Assembly: GCA_965249275.1 (NCBI GenBank)
Contig: CBDFLQ010000006.1
Coordinates: 704,001-768,000, forward strand
DNA length: 64,000 bases
From: Dehalococcoidia bacterium
GTDB taxonomy: Bacteria > Chloroflexota > Dehalococcoidia > Plut-88900
Reading direction: 5' to 3'
Positions 1-9,714 of the stretch are shown piece after piece; positions within the stretch are counted from its first letter, which is position 1, and each line of letters starts with the position of its first letter. Below the pieces are notes generated by a model. It ran no database searches and was not told the origin of the DNA. It was given only the letters and a program-made list of their open reading frames with translations. The position numbers and the translations under genes are program-made.

Positions 1-370
1 CACCACGGGCAACATGGGGCCAATTGCCAGCTTTAAGCAGTTCGGGGAGGAGATAGCCGCCGAGCTAACCTCGGCGGGCGTCCAGGGAGTGATTCTAACC
101 GCAACCTGAGGCACCGGAACGCGTAGCGGCGCTACGCTTCAGAAAGAGCTTGAGAGGGCTGGCCTCCCGACCGCTCTCGTAACCACCCTGTTCAATCTCG
201 CAGAGGGAGTCGGGGCCAGCCGTATCGTCAAAGGCAAGGCTATCCCACACCCTCTCGGAGACCCGAGCCAGACCTACGAGGGCGAAAAGCAACTGCGTAA
301 GGAGATGCTGAAGAAGGCCCTGGAGGCCCTGGAGACCGAGGTCGCATCCCCCACGGTTTTCACTACCTAG
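1..370 (+). CDS. grdB: Glycine/sarcosine/betaine reductase selenoprotein B family, 3' part (5'-truncated by window); Sec at TGA 107-109
   Basis: Frame starting at nt 2 reads TTGNMG...GVILTAT-U-GTGTRSGATLQKELERAGLP...RIVKGKAIPHPLGDP...KALEALETEV-stop (368-370), matching the GrdB C-terminus; hairpin GCGTAGC/GCTACGC at 121-137; directly upstream of grdC. Confidence 0.9.
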
Positions 371-383
371 CAACTACATCTGT

Positions 384-1868
384 ATGACTACCCAATCCCC
401 CGCATTCACAAGCAACGGCCAGGACTCACCACCGGTAATCAAGGGAGTGGCCTATTGCTTGGCCCACGTGCCAGACCTGGTGCGCCTCGGGTCTAAACCT
501 TCCCGGGACATACCAATCGAACCCAACGTTCTGGACATGATTCATCAGCACCTGCGGGACTTCGACGACGCTGTGGCCTACCCTCCACACCAGGTATTCA
601 TCGGCAACATGCGCCCCGACGACCTGAAGGATGTCCCCAAGCCGTGGTTCGATAATCTGGCCGGTGATGCCAAAAGGACCGGCCCATTCGGCGAGGTTAT
701 GCCCCAGGCCGAGTTTTACGGCTTGATGAAGATGTGTGACCAGTTCGACCTGATGCTCCTGGAAGAGGGTTTCCTTGAAGAAGCCCGCACCGCGATGTCG
801 GCTCACCCTCTCATCACCAAAGAAGACCTGGACAACCTTGGTAAGGCCACGCCCATCTCCGAGATCGAAAAGGCCATAAGCGAAGAGGATGCCCTTCCCC
901 TATACATGGACAAGACCCGACTGGTCGGGTGCCTGCAAAGGGGCCACGAGGAGGATAAGTCCCTCGTCCCCGACTTCCTCATCGAAAACCTCGCAGCCAA
1001 GGCCTCTGCCGTCCTCGCTCTCAGACACCTCTGCAACACTGCTACCGATACGCCGCCCCAGAACATAGACTACCTGCTCGGCTGCGGCGAAGAGGCCATC
1101 GGTGATAGATACAACCGGGGCGGTGGAAACCTCGCCAAGGCCGTCGGAGAGATGTGCGGCTGCTTGAACGCCACCGGGTCGGACGTCAAGGCATTTTGCT
1201 GCGCCCCGAACCACGCTATAATCGTAGGCGGTGCCCTCATCAAGTCGGGCGTGTTCGAAAACGTGGCGGTGGTGGCTGGCGGCTCATTCGCCAAGCTTGG
1301 CATGAAGTACCGGGGCCACGTGACTCATGAAATGCCCGTGCTCGAAGACGTCCTGGCGTCCATTGCAATACTCCTGGGCCCCGACGACGGTGAGAACCCC
1401 CACGTACGTCTCGATATGATAGGCAAGCACAATATTTCGTCCGGTACGTCAAACCAGGCCATCACACAGGCCGTGGTCATAGACCCCCTGAAAAAGCACG
1501 GCCTCAAGATCACCGATATCGACCGATTCGCCACCGAGCTGCACAACCCGGAGATCACCGAGCCCCAGGGCAGCGGCAACACCCCCAGGACCAACTACCG
1601 GATGCTGGGCGGCATGGCGGTCAAGGAGTCGGAGATTGAGGCCTCGGAACTGGACCAGTTCGTCGACAAACACGGGATGCTCGGCTTCTCCCCGACCCAG
1701 GGGCACATAGCCTCGGCGGTTCCTTTCCTGGGCCACGCCCGGGAGATGATCATGTCTGGAGACATAAACCGGGCCATGTTCTACGCCAAAGGGAGCCTGT
1801 TCCTGGGCCGCATGACCCAGCTCTCCGATGGTATATCCTTCATGATGGAGCGCAACGGCGGCCAGTAA
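384..1868 (+). CDS. grdC: Glycine/sarcosine/betaine reductase complex component C subunit beta (FabH-like)
   Basis: EEAIGDRYNRGGGNLAKA, GSDVKAFCCAP, KLGM, PTQGHI, KGSLFLGRMT motifs; lies between grdB and grdA. Confidence 0.9.
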   Translation: MTTQSPAFTSNGQDSPPVIKGVAYCLAHVPDLVRLGSKPSRDIPIEPNVLDMIHQHLRDFDDAVAYPPHQVFIGNMRPDDLKDVPKPWFDNLAGDAKRTGPFGEVMPQAEFYGLMKMCDQFDLMLLEEGFLEEARTAMSAHPLITKEDLDNLGKATPISEIEKAISEEDALPLYMDKTRLVGCLQRGHEEDKSLVPDFLIENLAAKASAVLALRHLCNTATDTPPQNIDYLLGCGEEAIGDRYNRGGGNLAKAVGEMCGCLNATGSDVKAFCCAPNHAIIVGGALIKSGVFENVAVVAGGSFAKLGMKYRGHVTHEMPVLEDVLASIAILLGPDDGENPHVRLDMIGKHNISSGTSNQAITQAVVIDPLKKHGLKITDIDRFATELHNPEITEPQGSGNTPRTNYRMLGGMAVKESEIEASELDQFVDKHGMLGFSPTQGHIASAVPFLGHAREMIMSGDINRAMFYAKGSLFLGRMTQLSDGISFMMERNGGQ

Positions 1869-1951
1869 CCTGTATCCAGGGGTAGAATTAAGCCGTTTCG
1901 ACGCTATTTTAAGATTGGTTAGAACGTTTACTGAAACTCAGGAGGTGCGCT

Positions 1952-2410
1952 TTGGATTTTAAAGGTATGAAGGTGATCGCCATAGGAGAGCGGGACGGCG
2001 TCCAGGGCCCGGCTATCGCCGAGGTGGTACGCAGCGCAGGGGCAGAGGTTATCCTGGAACAGACCCAGTGCTTCGTCTGAACTGCCGCAGGCGCCATGGA
2101 CCTGGATGGTCAGGCAGAGATTAAGAAGGCAATAGAATCCAACGGCAAGGACAACGTTATAGTGGTCCTCGGTTCGCCCGACGCTAACAGCGCCGAGCTC
2201 TACGCCGAGACCGTAACCCACGGTGACCCGAGCTGGGCCGGCCCCTTGGCAGGCGTTCCTCTGGGCCTGCCGGTATACCACGTCGTTGAGCCCATGGTTA
2301 AAGACGCTGTGGACCCCGGGACCTACGATGAGCAGGTCGGGGTCATGGACGTGGCACTGGAGAAAGACCTCATCACCGCCGCCCTGGACAAGGTGCGCAA
2401 CAGGGGCTAA
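1952..2410 (+). CDS. grdA: Glycine reductase selenoprotein A; Sec at TGA 2078-2080
   Basis: GGAGG then TTG 1952 reads MDFKGMKVIAIGERDGVQGPAI...TQCFV-U-TAAGAMDL, in frame with ORF 2096..2410 (AETVTHGDPSWAGPLAGVPLGL); CFVU is the GrdA signature. Confidence 0.93.
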
Positions 2411-2587
2411 TCCCCGGACAGTGGTCTGGCCCTTTGTATGGGGAGTCCAGAGGGGTAACACCCCTTTGGTGGGGGTTTGGGGGTATCCCCCCAAAATTAC
2501 TTGTATTTTCCCTTCCCCTTGCGAAAGAGAGAATAGGCGCAGCGAAAAAGAAGTCATTCCCGCCATTTCACCGAAGGAGACGCTACT

Positions 2588-3337
2588 ATGGAGAACAGGA
2601 AGAGAGTCGGAATGATGATGCCCTCGGCAGACGGTACCGCCGAGCCTGACTTTCAGATGGTACTCGGGCCCAAAGGAGTGGCTGTGCACGGGCACCGGCT
2701 CTGGCAGGACAACAACCGCCACGACCCCGAAGAGCACTTCGGTAAGATGAACTCGGAGATCGAGTCCGCTGCCCGGTACTTGTCCTCCGTTCGCCTGGAC
2801 GCCATAGCCTACACCTGCACCACTGGCAGCTTCTTCAAGGGGCCCGGGTGGGACCAGGAAATGCTTCAGAAGATTAAGAGCGCGTCGGGGGTGGAGGCTT
2901 TCGCAACTACTCCTTCGGTCGTGAAGGCCCTGCAGTTCAAGGGGGCTCGCAAGATCTCGGCCATCACACCCTACCCGGAATGGAACAACATAAAGCTCAG
3001 GGAATACATGGAAGCAATGGGCTTCGAAGTCCTTAACGTCGACGCCCACCCCAAGCCGTCCCTGGGCGAGATCATGGCCTACGAGCAGGACCCCGACGAG
3101 ATAGTCGAATACGGCATCGAAAAGTGCGACCCCGACGCTGATGTCCTCTTCTGCTCCTGCACTGACTGGCGGTCCATGGAGGCCGCAGAACGCCTGGAGA
3201 AGGAGACCGGCAAACCGGTCGTCACATCGAACCAGGCCACCATCTGGCTCATCCTCCAGCACCTCGGCATAGATGAGCCGGTAAAGGGCTTCGGCAGTCT
3301 GCTGGAGACTCCCGCCCCAGCCGCCGTCGCTGGATAA
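2588..3337 (+). CDS. Maleate cis-trans isomerase / Asp-Glu racemase family protein
   Basis: RVGMMMPS, YTCTTGS, ITPYP, SCTDW, PVVTSNQA; both catalytic-type Cys present. Confidence 0.85.
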   Translation: MENRKRVGMMMPSADGTAEPDFQMVLGPKGVAVHGHRLWQDNNRHDPEEHFGKMNSEIESAARYLSSVRLDAIAYTCTTGSFFKGPGWDQEMLQKIKSASGVEAFATTPSVVKALQFKGARKISAITPYPEWNNIKLREYMEAMGFEVLNVDAHPKPSLGEIMAYEQDPDEIVEYGIEKCDPDADVLFCSCTDWRSMEAAERLEKETGKPVVTSNQATIWLILQHLGIDEPVKGFGSLLETPAPAAVAG

Positions 3338-3368
3338 CTATCTGGTTTTACCCTTATACCTGTAGACC

Positions 3369-3411
3369 AAGCAATTGGGAGTGAGTACATCACACTCACT
3401 CCCAATTGCTT
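3369..3411. terminator. Perfect 18-bp inverted repeat, probable intrinsic terminator
   Basis: AAGCAATTGGGAGTGAGT-acatcac-ACTCACTCCCAATTGCTT downstream of 3337. Confidence 0.6.
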
Positions 3412-3496
3412 TCTGGTTTATACTGGGGATTGCCCTCCCAAATTCTGGTATTATCGGCAAAGCGGGTTTCCAGTGAGCGGGTAAGGAGGTCCTGAT

Positions 3497-4240
3497 ATGA
3501 ACCTACGAAGAAGAATTGGATTGATCATGCCGGCCCAGGACTCGACCAGCGAGCCCGATTTCTCAATGGCCCTGGGCTTGAAGGACTACTCCATCCACGG
3601 CCAGCGTATTTGGGACGGCTTCGACATCTCCGGCACCGCACGCATGGACAGGATGAACACCGAGATCGATACCGCCGCCAAGTACCTGACACAGGCGGAA
3701 GTCGATGCCGTAGCCTACTGCTGCACCACCGGCAGTTTTTATCGGGGCCCGGGCTGGGACGTAGAGATCGTCGAAAAGCTGGAGGCCGCATCGGGAGTTC
3801 CCGCCGTTGCCACCACGCCCTCCGTTGCCGCCGCCCTTTCCCACATCGGGGCCAGGAAGATATCCGTAGTCACGCCATACCCACAATGGAACAACGACAG
3901 ACTGCGGGAATACTTCACGGCCAAGGGCTTCGAGGTCCTGAACGTCGATACCCCTGCTGACGCATCGGTGTTCGGGTTCAACATGTGCAACCACGACCCG
4001 GAGACCGTCCTCGAATACGGAGTCGAGCACTGCCTCCCGGAGGCCGACACCCTCCTGGTCTCCTGCACCGGCTGGCGTTCCTTGGAGGTCGTCGAAGAGC
4101 TGGAAGCCCGCACGGGGAAGATGGTGGTGACGGCAAACCAGGCCTCAATCTGGTGCCTCCTTAACAAGATGGGCTGGGATGCTTCAATAAGCGGCTGCGG
4201 CCAGCTCTTATCAAACAGGGCTCCGGCAGCAGTGGGGTAG
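3497..4240 (+). CDS. Maleate isomerase / Asp-Glu racemase family protein (paralog of 2588..3337)
   Basis: YCCTTGSF, VTPYP, SCTGW, VVTANQA. Confidence 0.85.
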   Translation: MNLRRRIGLIMPAQDSTSEPDFSMALGLKDYSIHGQRIWDGFDISGTARMDRMNTEIDTAAKYLTQAEVDAVAYCCTTGSFYRGPGWDVEIVEKLEAASGVPAVATTPSVAAALSHIGARKISVVTPYPQWNNDRLREYFTAKGFEVLNVDTPADASVFGFNMCNHDPETVLEYGVEHCLPEADTLLVSCTGWRSLEVVEELEARTGKMVVTANQASIWCLLNKMGWDASISGCGQLLSNRAPAAVG

Positions 4241-4275
4241 AAGCGGAGCTAATTTCCTAACCGGAATCGAGGTGC

Positions 4276-5394
4276 GTGTTGGCGGAATACAAGGTCATCT
4301 CAGCAGACTCCCATCTGAACGAGCCCCAGGAGGTCTACGACCGCCTCCCCGCCGAGTACCGCGCCCGTGCCCCGCGCATCGAGGTGCGGGACGACCAGCG
4401 TTACATCATCGTCGAGGGCCAGGGCCCGGCTCGCATCGAGGCCCCCAACCCCCTCAAAGAAGATGATATGAATCGCTACTGGCGGGACGACGAAGAGGTG
4501 GGCCGCGTCATGCACCGGGCCGGAGGCACCGACATCCCTCTCCGCCTCACCGATCAGGAAACCGATGGGGTCAGCGCCGAGGTCATCTATCCCCACGGCA
4601 CGTTCCACACCTTCTCCTCCAAGGACCCGGGGTTCCAGCTCGCTCTGTCCAGGGTCTACAACGACTACTATAACGAGGTCTTTGGCCCGCACCCGGACCG
4701 TTTCGTAGTCTCCGCGGTCGTCCCGACTCTGGATATAGACAACGCCGTGGAAGAGGCCACCCGGGTGGCTAACATGGGCTTTCGTTCAGCGTCCATACCC
4801 ATAAGCATGCCCATGCAGCCCTACAACGATCCCAGCTATGAGCCTTTCTGGTCGGCGATGGGCGATCTTGGCGTACCCCTGGCCCTCCATGTCTTCACCG
4901 ATGGCCCGACCGGCGAAGACGCCCCCACCGAGGTCAAGCGCTCCCGTCCGGGAGAGGACCTAGCCGGAGAAGTCGTAGAGATGGCTGCCGCCATGAAGCC
5001 CCTCTGCCTGCTGGTGGCTTCCGGCGTGCTGGAACGACACCCGGGCCTGAAGTTCGTGCTGGTCGAGTGCGGAATCGGCTGGTTGGCCTGGGTCCTCCAG
5101 ACCCTCGATGAGATGCACGAGAAGCGCCACATGTGGATCGAACCCCGCCTCCCGGACAGGCCCAGCGACTACTTCCGCAGGCAAGGCGGCGCCACTTTCG
5201 GCGACGACCTGGTCGGGCTCCGGATGAGGGACGTGACGGGTGTCGAGAGCCTGCTCTGGGGCAGTGACTACCCCCACGACGAGGGCACCTTCCCCCATTC
5301 CAGAGAGGTCATTGAGCGCACTTTCAAGGACGTTCCTGAAAATGAAAAGCGGATGATTGTCGGTGGGAACGCTGAGAGGATATACGGCTTCTAG
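4276..5394 (+). CDS. Amidohydrolase_2 family metal-dependent hydrolase/decarboxylase
   Basis: ISADSHLNEP, LALH, VECGIGW, WGSDYPH, GGNAERIY. Confidence 0.88.
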   Translation: MLAEYKVISADSHLNEPQEVYDRLPAEYRARAPRIEVRDDQRYIIVEGQGPARIEAPNPLKEDDMNRYWRDDEEVGRVMHRAGGTDIPLRLTDQETDGVSAEVIYPHGTFHTFSSKDPGFQLALSRVYNDYYNEVFGPHPDRFVVSAVVPTLDIDNAVEEATRVANMGFRSASIPISMPMQPYNDPSYEPFWSAMGDLGVPLALHVFTDGPTGEDAPTEVKRSRPGEDLAGEVVEMAAAMKPLCLLVASGVLERHPGLKFVLVECGIGWLAWVLQTLDEMHEKRHMWIEPRLPDRPSDYFRRQGGATFGDDLVGLRMRDVTGVESLLWGSDYPHDEGTFPHSREVIERTFKDVPENEKRMIVGGNAERIYGF

Positions 5395-6301
5395 TCTAAT
5401 ACGGAGACCGCTCCCCTTCCTGGTCTTGGCGGTTGCTCTGCTGTTGCTCGTTGCCTGCCGCCAGCCCTTTGACCCTGGCTTCAGATTTGTCCTAGTCTCC
5501 CAGGAAGTCGCGGTTGAGCAGGCCCGGTTCACCTTCGTTCTCCTGGACCAGTCTGAACACGCCATCGAAGATGCCCAAATCAGCGTCGACTTCCTGCCCC
5601 CCGGTGACTACCCTGCGCCCCCAACGGCGAATGCTGTTTACAGAAAGATCGTACTGGACGACGTCCGGGTGTCAGCCTCAGAGTGGTATGACGCCGACGT
5701 GGAGGTCCGTGGCATCTACGCCATAGACCGTCCCCCCTTTGACAGACCCGGTGAATGGGAGCTAAAACTCTCTATATTTCATGGCGATAGTGAATCGCCC
5801 GTGGAGATACGGGCGTCGGTGCAGGTGCTGGCAGAGAGCTCGACGCCGAAACTAGGCGAAACAGTTTCGCCCATCGAACACAGGACTGCCGCCGACGTTG
5901 CAGACCTCACCGAGATCTCCACCAGCCCCGATCCTCTCCCCGAGATGTATCAAACCTCCGTGGGAGAAGCGTTGGCCCAGGGTCAGCCCTTCCTCGTAGT
6001 CTTCGCTACCCCGGCATTCTGCCAGAGCCGTATCTGCGGCCCGGTCGTCGAGACGGTAGCCTCGCTCATCCCGGACTACGGAGAAGACCTCGCATTCATC
6101 CACATCGAGCCCTACGACCTGGACCTCATCCGTGGAGGCGGCAATTTTGAGCCTTCCCTGGAGGCCAAGGCCTGGGGTCTCCCCAGCGAGCCCTGGGTCT
6201 TTCTTGTAGACGACTCGGGCCGATTGACGGCCAAGTTCGAAGGTATAGTCACCCCTGAGGAGCTTGACGAGGCTATCCGGGCTACTCTCGCACGGGGCTA
6301 G
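5357..6301 (+). CDS. Lipoprotein with C-terminal thioredoxin-like fold (start uncertain)
   Basis: Lipobox LLVAC; VFATPAFCQSRICGP and WGLPSEPWVFLVD resemble a Trx-like domain. Confidence 0.65.
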   Translation: MSVGTLRGYTASSLIRRPLPFLVLAVALLLLVACRQPFDPGFRFVLVSQEVAVEQARFTFVLLDQSEHAIEDAQISVDFLPPGDYPAPPTANAVYRKIVLDDVRVSASEWYDADVEVRGIYAIDRPPFDRPGEWELKLSIFHGDSESPVEIRASVQVLAESSTPKLGETVSPIEHRTAADVADLTEISTSPDPLPEMYQTSVGEALAQGQPFLVVFATPAFCQSRICGPVVETVASLIPDYGEDLAFIHIEPYDLDLIRGGGNFEPSLEAKAWGLPSEPWVFLVDDSGRLTAKFEGIVTPEELDEAIRATLARG

Positions 6302-6304
6302 GGC

Positions 6305-6499
6305 CTAGTGGAACGGGCAGACCCAGATAGCGGTGTTCTGGTACCAGTCCGTGTCATACCCAGCCGATTCTGAGTAGTCGTACCCCGCAACCGGCTTGCC
6401 GCTAAGCGCGTTCTCAGCGACTACATAAGACCCCCCAAACAGGATCGCCAGCACGATCAACAGGTGTATGGTCGGAAGTATGAGTAATTTCTTATTCAA
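6305..6499 (-). CDS. Small membrane-anchored hypothetical protein ending WVCPFH
   Basis: 64 aa, basic N-terminus plus one hydrophobic helix; co-oriented downstream of the desaturase. Confidence 0.5.
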   Translation of the reverse strand: MNKKLLILPTIHLLIVLAILFGGSYVVAENALSGKPVAGYDYSESAGYDTDWYQNTAIWVCPFH

Positions 6500-6590
6500 G
6501 GTCCTGCACCAAGCCGCGAGGAACCGACCTTGAGAGAATCATAACACTTGGGAGTGAGAGGATAGGCAGGCGCAATGCGCCCGACTATGT

Positions 6591-7574
6591 TCAGGTTCCT
6601 TGAGGCGGTGGGGCGGAGTCCAGGGGCGCAGAGCGGGAGGCGGAGATAACCACTTTTACTTTTCCGGCCCGAGTCCTCAACGCCTCTTTCAGGTCCAGGG
6701 GGTGTAGCACGTACACGTCGTAGGCAAGGCGCAGCTTACGCATCAGGTTTATGAGTAGCCAGCTTGCATCGAAGTGCCACCACCGGAGCCCATGCTGCGC
6801 CGACCGCGGTGAGGCGTGATGGGTGTTGTGTCCCCCCTCCCCGAATCCCAGCAATCCTACTAGCCAATGGTTAGTGCTCCGGTCATTGGTGTTGAAGGGT
6901 CGGCCCCCAAACACGTGGCAAACCGAGTTCACCGACCACGTCACGTGATGTGTCAGGAACACCCGGACCAGCCCTGCCCACAGCAGTGCGCTCCATCCGC
7001 CGATTAGGTAGGGTATCACGAGGCTCAGGGCACACCAGATCAAGCTGGTGCGATGGATGAATACCATGGTCCGGTCGTTGACCAGGTCCCGGGCCCACTT
7101 GTTGTTGTCGGGCCTCTTCGTCCCGAACATCCAGCCAACCTGCGCATGGACGAACCCCTTCAGCAGATTGCTGCTCAGCTGGGGGCTGTGGATGTCCCCT
7201 TCCTGATCGGAATAGGCGTGGTGCTTCCGGTGAATGGCAACCCATGATATCGGACCGCCCTGCCAGGACATTGTTCCGAGGATGACCAGAAGCAGTTTTA
7301 GTGGCGTGTGGGTCTTGAAGCTTCCATGGGCCAGGTAACGGTGAAACCCGATGGTCACCCCTAGCCCCACCAGGACGTACATTACGAAGAGCAGGGTCAA
7401 GTCCAGCCAGTCCACCAGGCTGCCCCACGCCGCATATATCGCATATACCGTCGCTGCCAGTGGCACGAACACTAGAATGCTGATGGCCACCTTCTGGTAC
7501 AGGCTTTCAAGTCGGGGCGTTTGCCCAGTGGTTTCCTGGCGGAACGGGTCTGCCGTAAGTTTCCTAGATATCAT
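6591..7574 (-). CDS. Membrane fatty acid (delta-9 acyl-CoA type) desaturase
   Basis: Three His boxes HRYLAH, HRKHH, HNTHH; TWSVNSVCH. Confidence 0.92.
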   Translation of the reverse strand: MISRKLTADPFRQETTGQTPRLESLYQKVAISILVFVPLAATVYAIYAAWGSLVDWLDLTLLFVMYVLVGLGVTIGFHRYLAHGSFKTHTPLKLLLVILGTMSWQGGPISWVAIHRKHHAYSDQEGDIHSPQLSSNLLKGFVHAQVGWMFGTKRPDNNKWARDLVNDRTMVFIHRTSLIWCALSLVIPYLIGGWSALLWAGLVRVFLTHHVTWSVNSVCHVFGGRPFNTNDRSTNHWLVGLLGFGEGGHNTHHASPRSAQHGLRWWHFDASWLLINLMRKLRLAYDVYVLHPLDLKEALRTRAGKVKVVISASRSAPLDSAPPPQGT

Positions 7575-7624
7575 CTTCCATTTTCCGCGCGCTGCTTCGG
7601 GGGTCTGCTGACTGGAGTTCGATA

Positions 7625-7676
7625 GGCCTACGGGCTTTAGCCCGAGAGTTCCGGCACACGGATAAATTCGGTGTCT
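7625..7676. repeat. Pair of REP/IS605-end-like hairpins
   Basis: CGGGCTTTAGCCCG followed by GGCACACGGATAAATTCGGTGTC. Confidence 0.4.
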
Positions 7677-7707
7677 GAGACTCAGGCCAAGCCCTTACGC
7701 TCGACTC

Positions 7708-7998
7708 TTATCTGTCCAGCGCCTCGAAGATTTGTAGGTCGTAGCTCAACAGGTGGGGTCGCATCTCTGCGTCGTCTACATAGATAGACGCGGGGATCTC
7801 GTTGGGGCCTGACGGCTTGATAACTGGCTGAGTCCACTCGACGTAGGCTACGTCGGCGTCGCTGCCCATTCCACCTACGTAGATGGTCGCCTTGGCTCGG
7901 CCGTTCTTCTCGTATGCTGCGCAAATCTTATCCAGAGAGGCCGCCACATCCCGGGCTTTTCCAGGCTTCGTACGACATACTCTTCTCAATAGGTACAT
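7708..7998 (-). CDS. Small hypothetical protein, possibly dimeric alpha+beta barrel (NIPSNAP-like)
   Basis: 96 aa with GGAG SD; RRVCRTKPGKA N-terminal pattern. Confidence 0.6.
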   Translation of the reverse strand: MYLLRRVCRTKPGKARDVAASLDKICAAYEKNGRAKATIYVGGMGSDADVAYVEWTQPVIKPSGPNEIPASIYVDDAEMRPHLLSYDLQIFEALDR

Positions 7999-8075
7999 AA
8001 CCGCTCCTCCAAATGCTTGTTTAACAGTATCCGCCGACCATTTATGTTATCACAGGAACCCGACCCACGGAGTCC

Positions 8076-9698
8076 CTACAATCCCAGAATGTTTCCCTTT
8101 TCATCAACGTCCAGGGCGCGGGGCAAGGCCGGGAGACCGGGCATAGTCACCATGGTACCAGCGAGGGGGTAAATGAATCCTGCCCCCGCCGAGGCCCGCA
8201 CGTCCGAAATCTCAAACATATACCCCGATGGCCGACCCTTGAGTCTTGCGTTGTGGGAGATGGACAGGTTGGTCTTCGCCATGCAGACAGGCCACTTACC
8301 CCAGCCCATGTCCTGGTAGGTCTTGAGCCTCCTGCGGGCAGCCGGGGCCCATGCCACGTCATCGGCATTGTAGACCTTTTGGGCTAGGGCTAGGACCTTA
8401 TCCTCGGTGGAGGCTTCTTCGGGGTACAGGTACGATATCTCGGGCTTGTCGCCCGAGCTCGCATCCATGACGGCTCGGGCCAGCTCCAAGCATCCGTCTC
8501 CACCTTCGGTAAAGCCCCGGCTCTCGGCAGACCGAACGCCATCAAGGCCTGCCACTGCGTTGCGTACGGTGGCTATCTCTTCATCGGTGTCGGCAGGAAA
8601 GCGGTTGACGGCAACCACCACCGGCAGGTTGAAGCTGCGTATCATCCCGATAAGGTGAAGCAGATTGGGCATACCGTCGACAACGGCCTTCGGATTGCCC
8701 TTGTCTAGCTGGGCCAGAGGGACCCCGGCATGCGACTTAAGCGCCTTGACCGACGCTACGATCACCGTGGCATGGGGCTCGACGTCGTTAAACCGGGCCT
8801 TGATATGCATGAACTTCTCGAAGCCCAGGTCGGCCCCAAAACCCGCTTCCGTGACTACGTAGTCCGCCAGCGCAAGGGCCATCTTGTCCGCGATGACCGA
8901 ACTGCACCCGTGGGCGATGTTGCCGAAAGGCCCGGCGTGGACCATCACGGGCTGACCCTCGGCTGTCTGCACGAGGTTGGGCAGAATGGCGTAGCGAAGC
9001 AGCGACATCATGGACCCTACCGCGCCCACGTCATCCGCGGTAACCGGCTTACCGGCTCGCGTGAAACCGACCACTATGCGAGAGATGCGGGCCCTCAGGT
9101 CCTCCAGCCCCGAGGCCAGGGCCAGTATGGCCATCACCTCCGAGGCGGTTACGATATCGAACCCCGTCTCTCGCACGGGAGCGTTGCCCTCTCCGCCGAT
9201 GCCCGTCATTATCGAGCGCAAGGCCCGGTCTTCGACATCCGTGACCCTTCGCCACGTGATGTCCTCAGGCCCGAATCCTTCGATCTGACCCCGCTGCACG
9301 ACGTTGTCCGTGAGAGCGGCCAGCAGGTTGTGCGCCGAGCCCACCGCATGGGCATCTCCGGTGAAGTGGATGTTGATCTCGTCATCGGGCACGACGGTGG
9401 TCTTGCCGCCGCCCGTGCCTCCACCCTTGATCCCGAATATCGGGCCAAGGGACGGCTCCCTCAGGTTGGCGATCACCTTTTCACCCAGCTTGCCCAGGCC
9501 TTGGGTCAATCCCACCGTGACCGTGGTCTTTCCCTCACCTGCTCGGGTGGGCGTTAGCCCGGTGACCACTATCATCTTGCCCCTGGACCCCGACGTATCG
9601 ACGGATTCCAGGGGGATCTTCGCCTTGTAGTGGCCGTAGGGAACTATCAATTTTTCGTCGAGGCCAATAGTGGCCGCGATCTCTTGAATGGGCCGCAT
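8076..9698 (-). CDS. fhs: Formate--tetrahydrofolate ligase
   Basis: YGHYKAK, TPTRAGEGKTT, REPSLGP, HAGPFGNIAHG, TEAGFGADLGFEKF, CMAKT, MPGLP. Confidence 0.96.
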   Translation of the reverse strand: MRPIQEIAATIGLDEKLIVPYGHYKAKIPLESVDTSGSRGKMIVVTGLTPTRAGEGKTTVTVGLTQGLGKLGEKVIANLREPSLGPIFGIKGGGTGGGKTTVVPDDEINIHFTGDAHAVGSAHNLLAALTDNVVQRGQIEGFGPEDITWRRVTDVEDRALRSIMTGIGGEGNAPVRETGFDIVTASEVMAILALASGLEDLRARISRIVVGFTRAGKPVTADDVGAVGSMMSLLRYAILPNLVQTAEGQPVMVHAGPFGNIAHGCSSVIADKMALALADYVVTEAGFGADLGFEKFMHIKARFNDVEPHATVIVASVKALKSHAGVPLAQLDKGNPKAVVDGMPNLLHLIGMIRSFNLPVVVAVNRFPADTDEEIATVRNAVAGLDGVRSAESRGFTEGGDGCLELARAVMDASSGDKPEISYLYPEEASTEDKVLALAQKVYNADDVAWAPAARRRLKTYQDMGWGKWPVCMAKTNLSISHNARLKGRPSGYMFEISDVRASAGAGFIYPLAGTMVTMPGLPALPRALDVDEKGNILGL

Positions 9699-9714
9699 CC
9701 CTGTTTACCTCTGT

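Noticed and set aside
1928-3262. 444-aa minus-strand ORF and similar long antisense ORFs (e.g. 37162..38064, 8730..9557, 39377..40210)
   Set aside because: Shadow frames of well-supported genes on the opposite strand in GC-rich DNA.
7620-7700. Possible c-di-AMP riboswitch upstream of the desaturase
   Set aside because: Only a weak 3' resemblance (GCTAA..CGTAGGC) and the 5' conserved elements are missing; better explained as REP-like hairpins.
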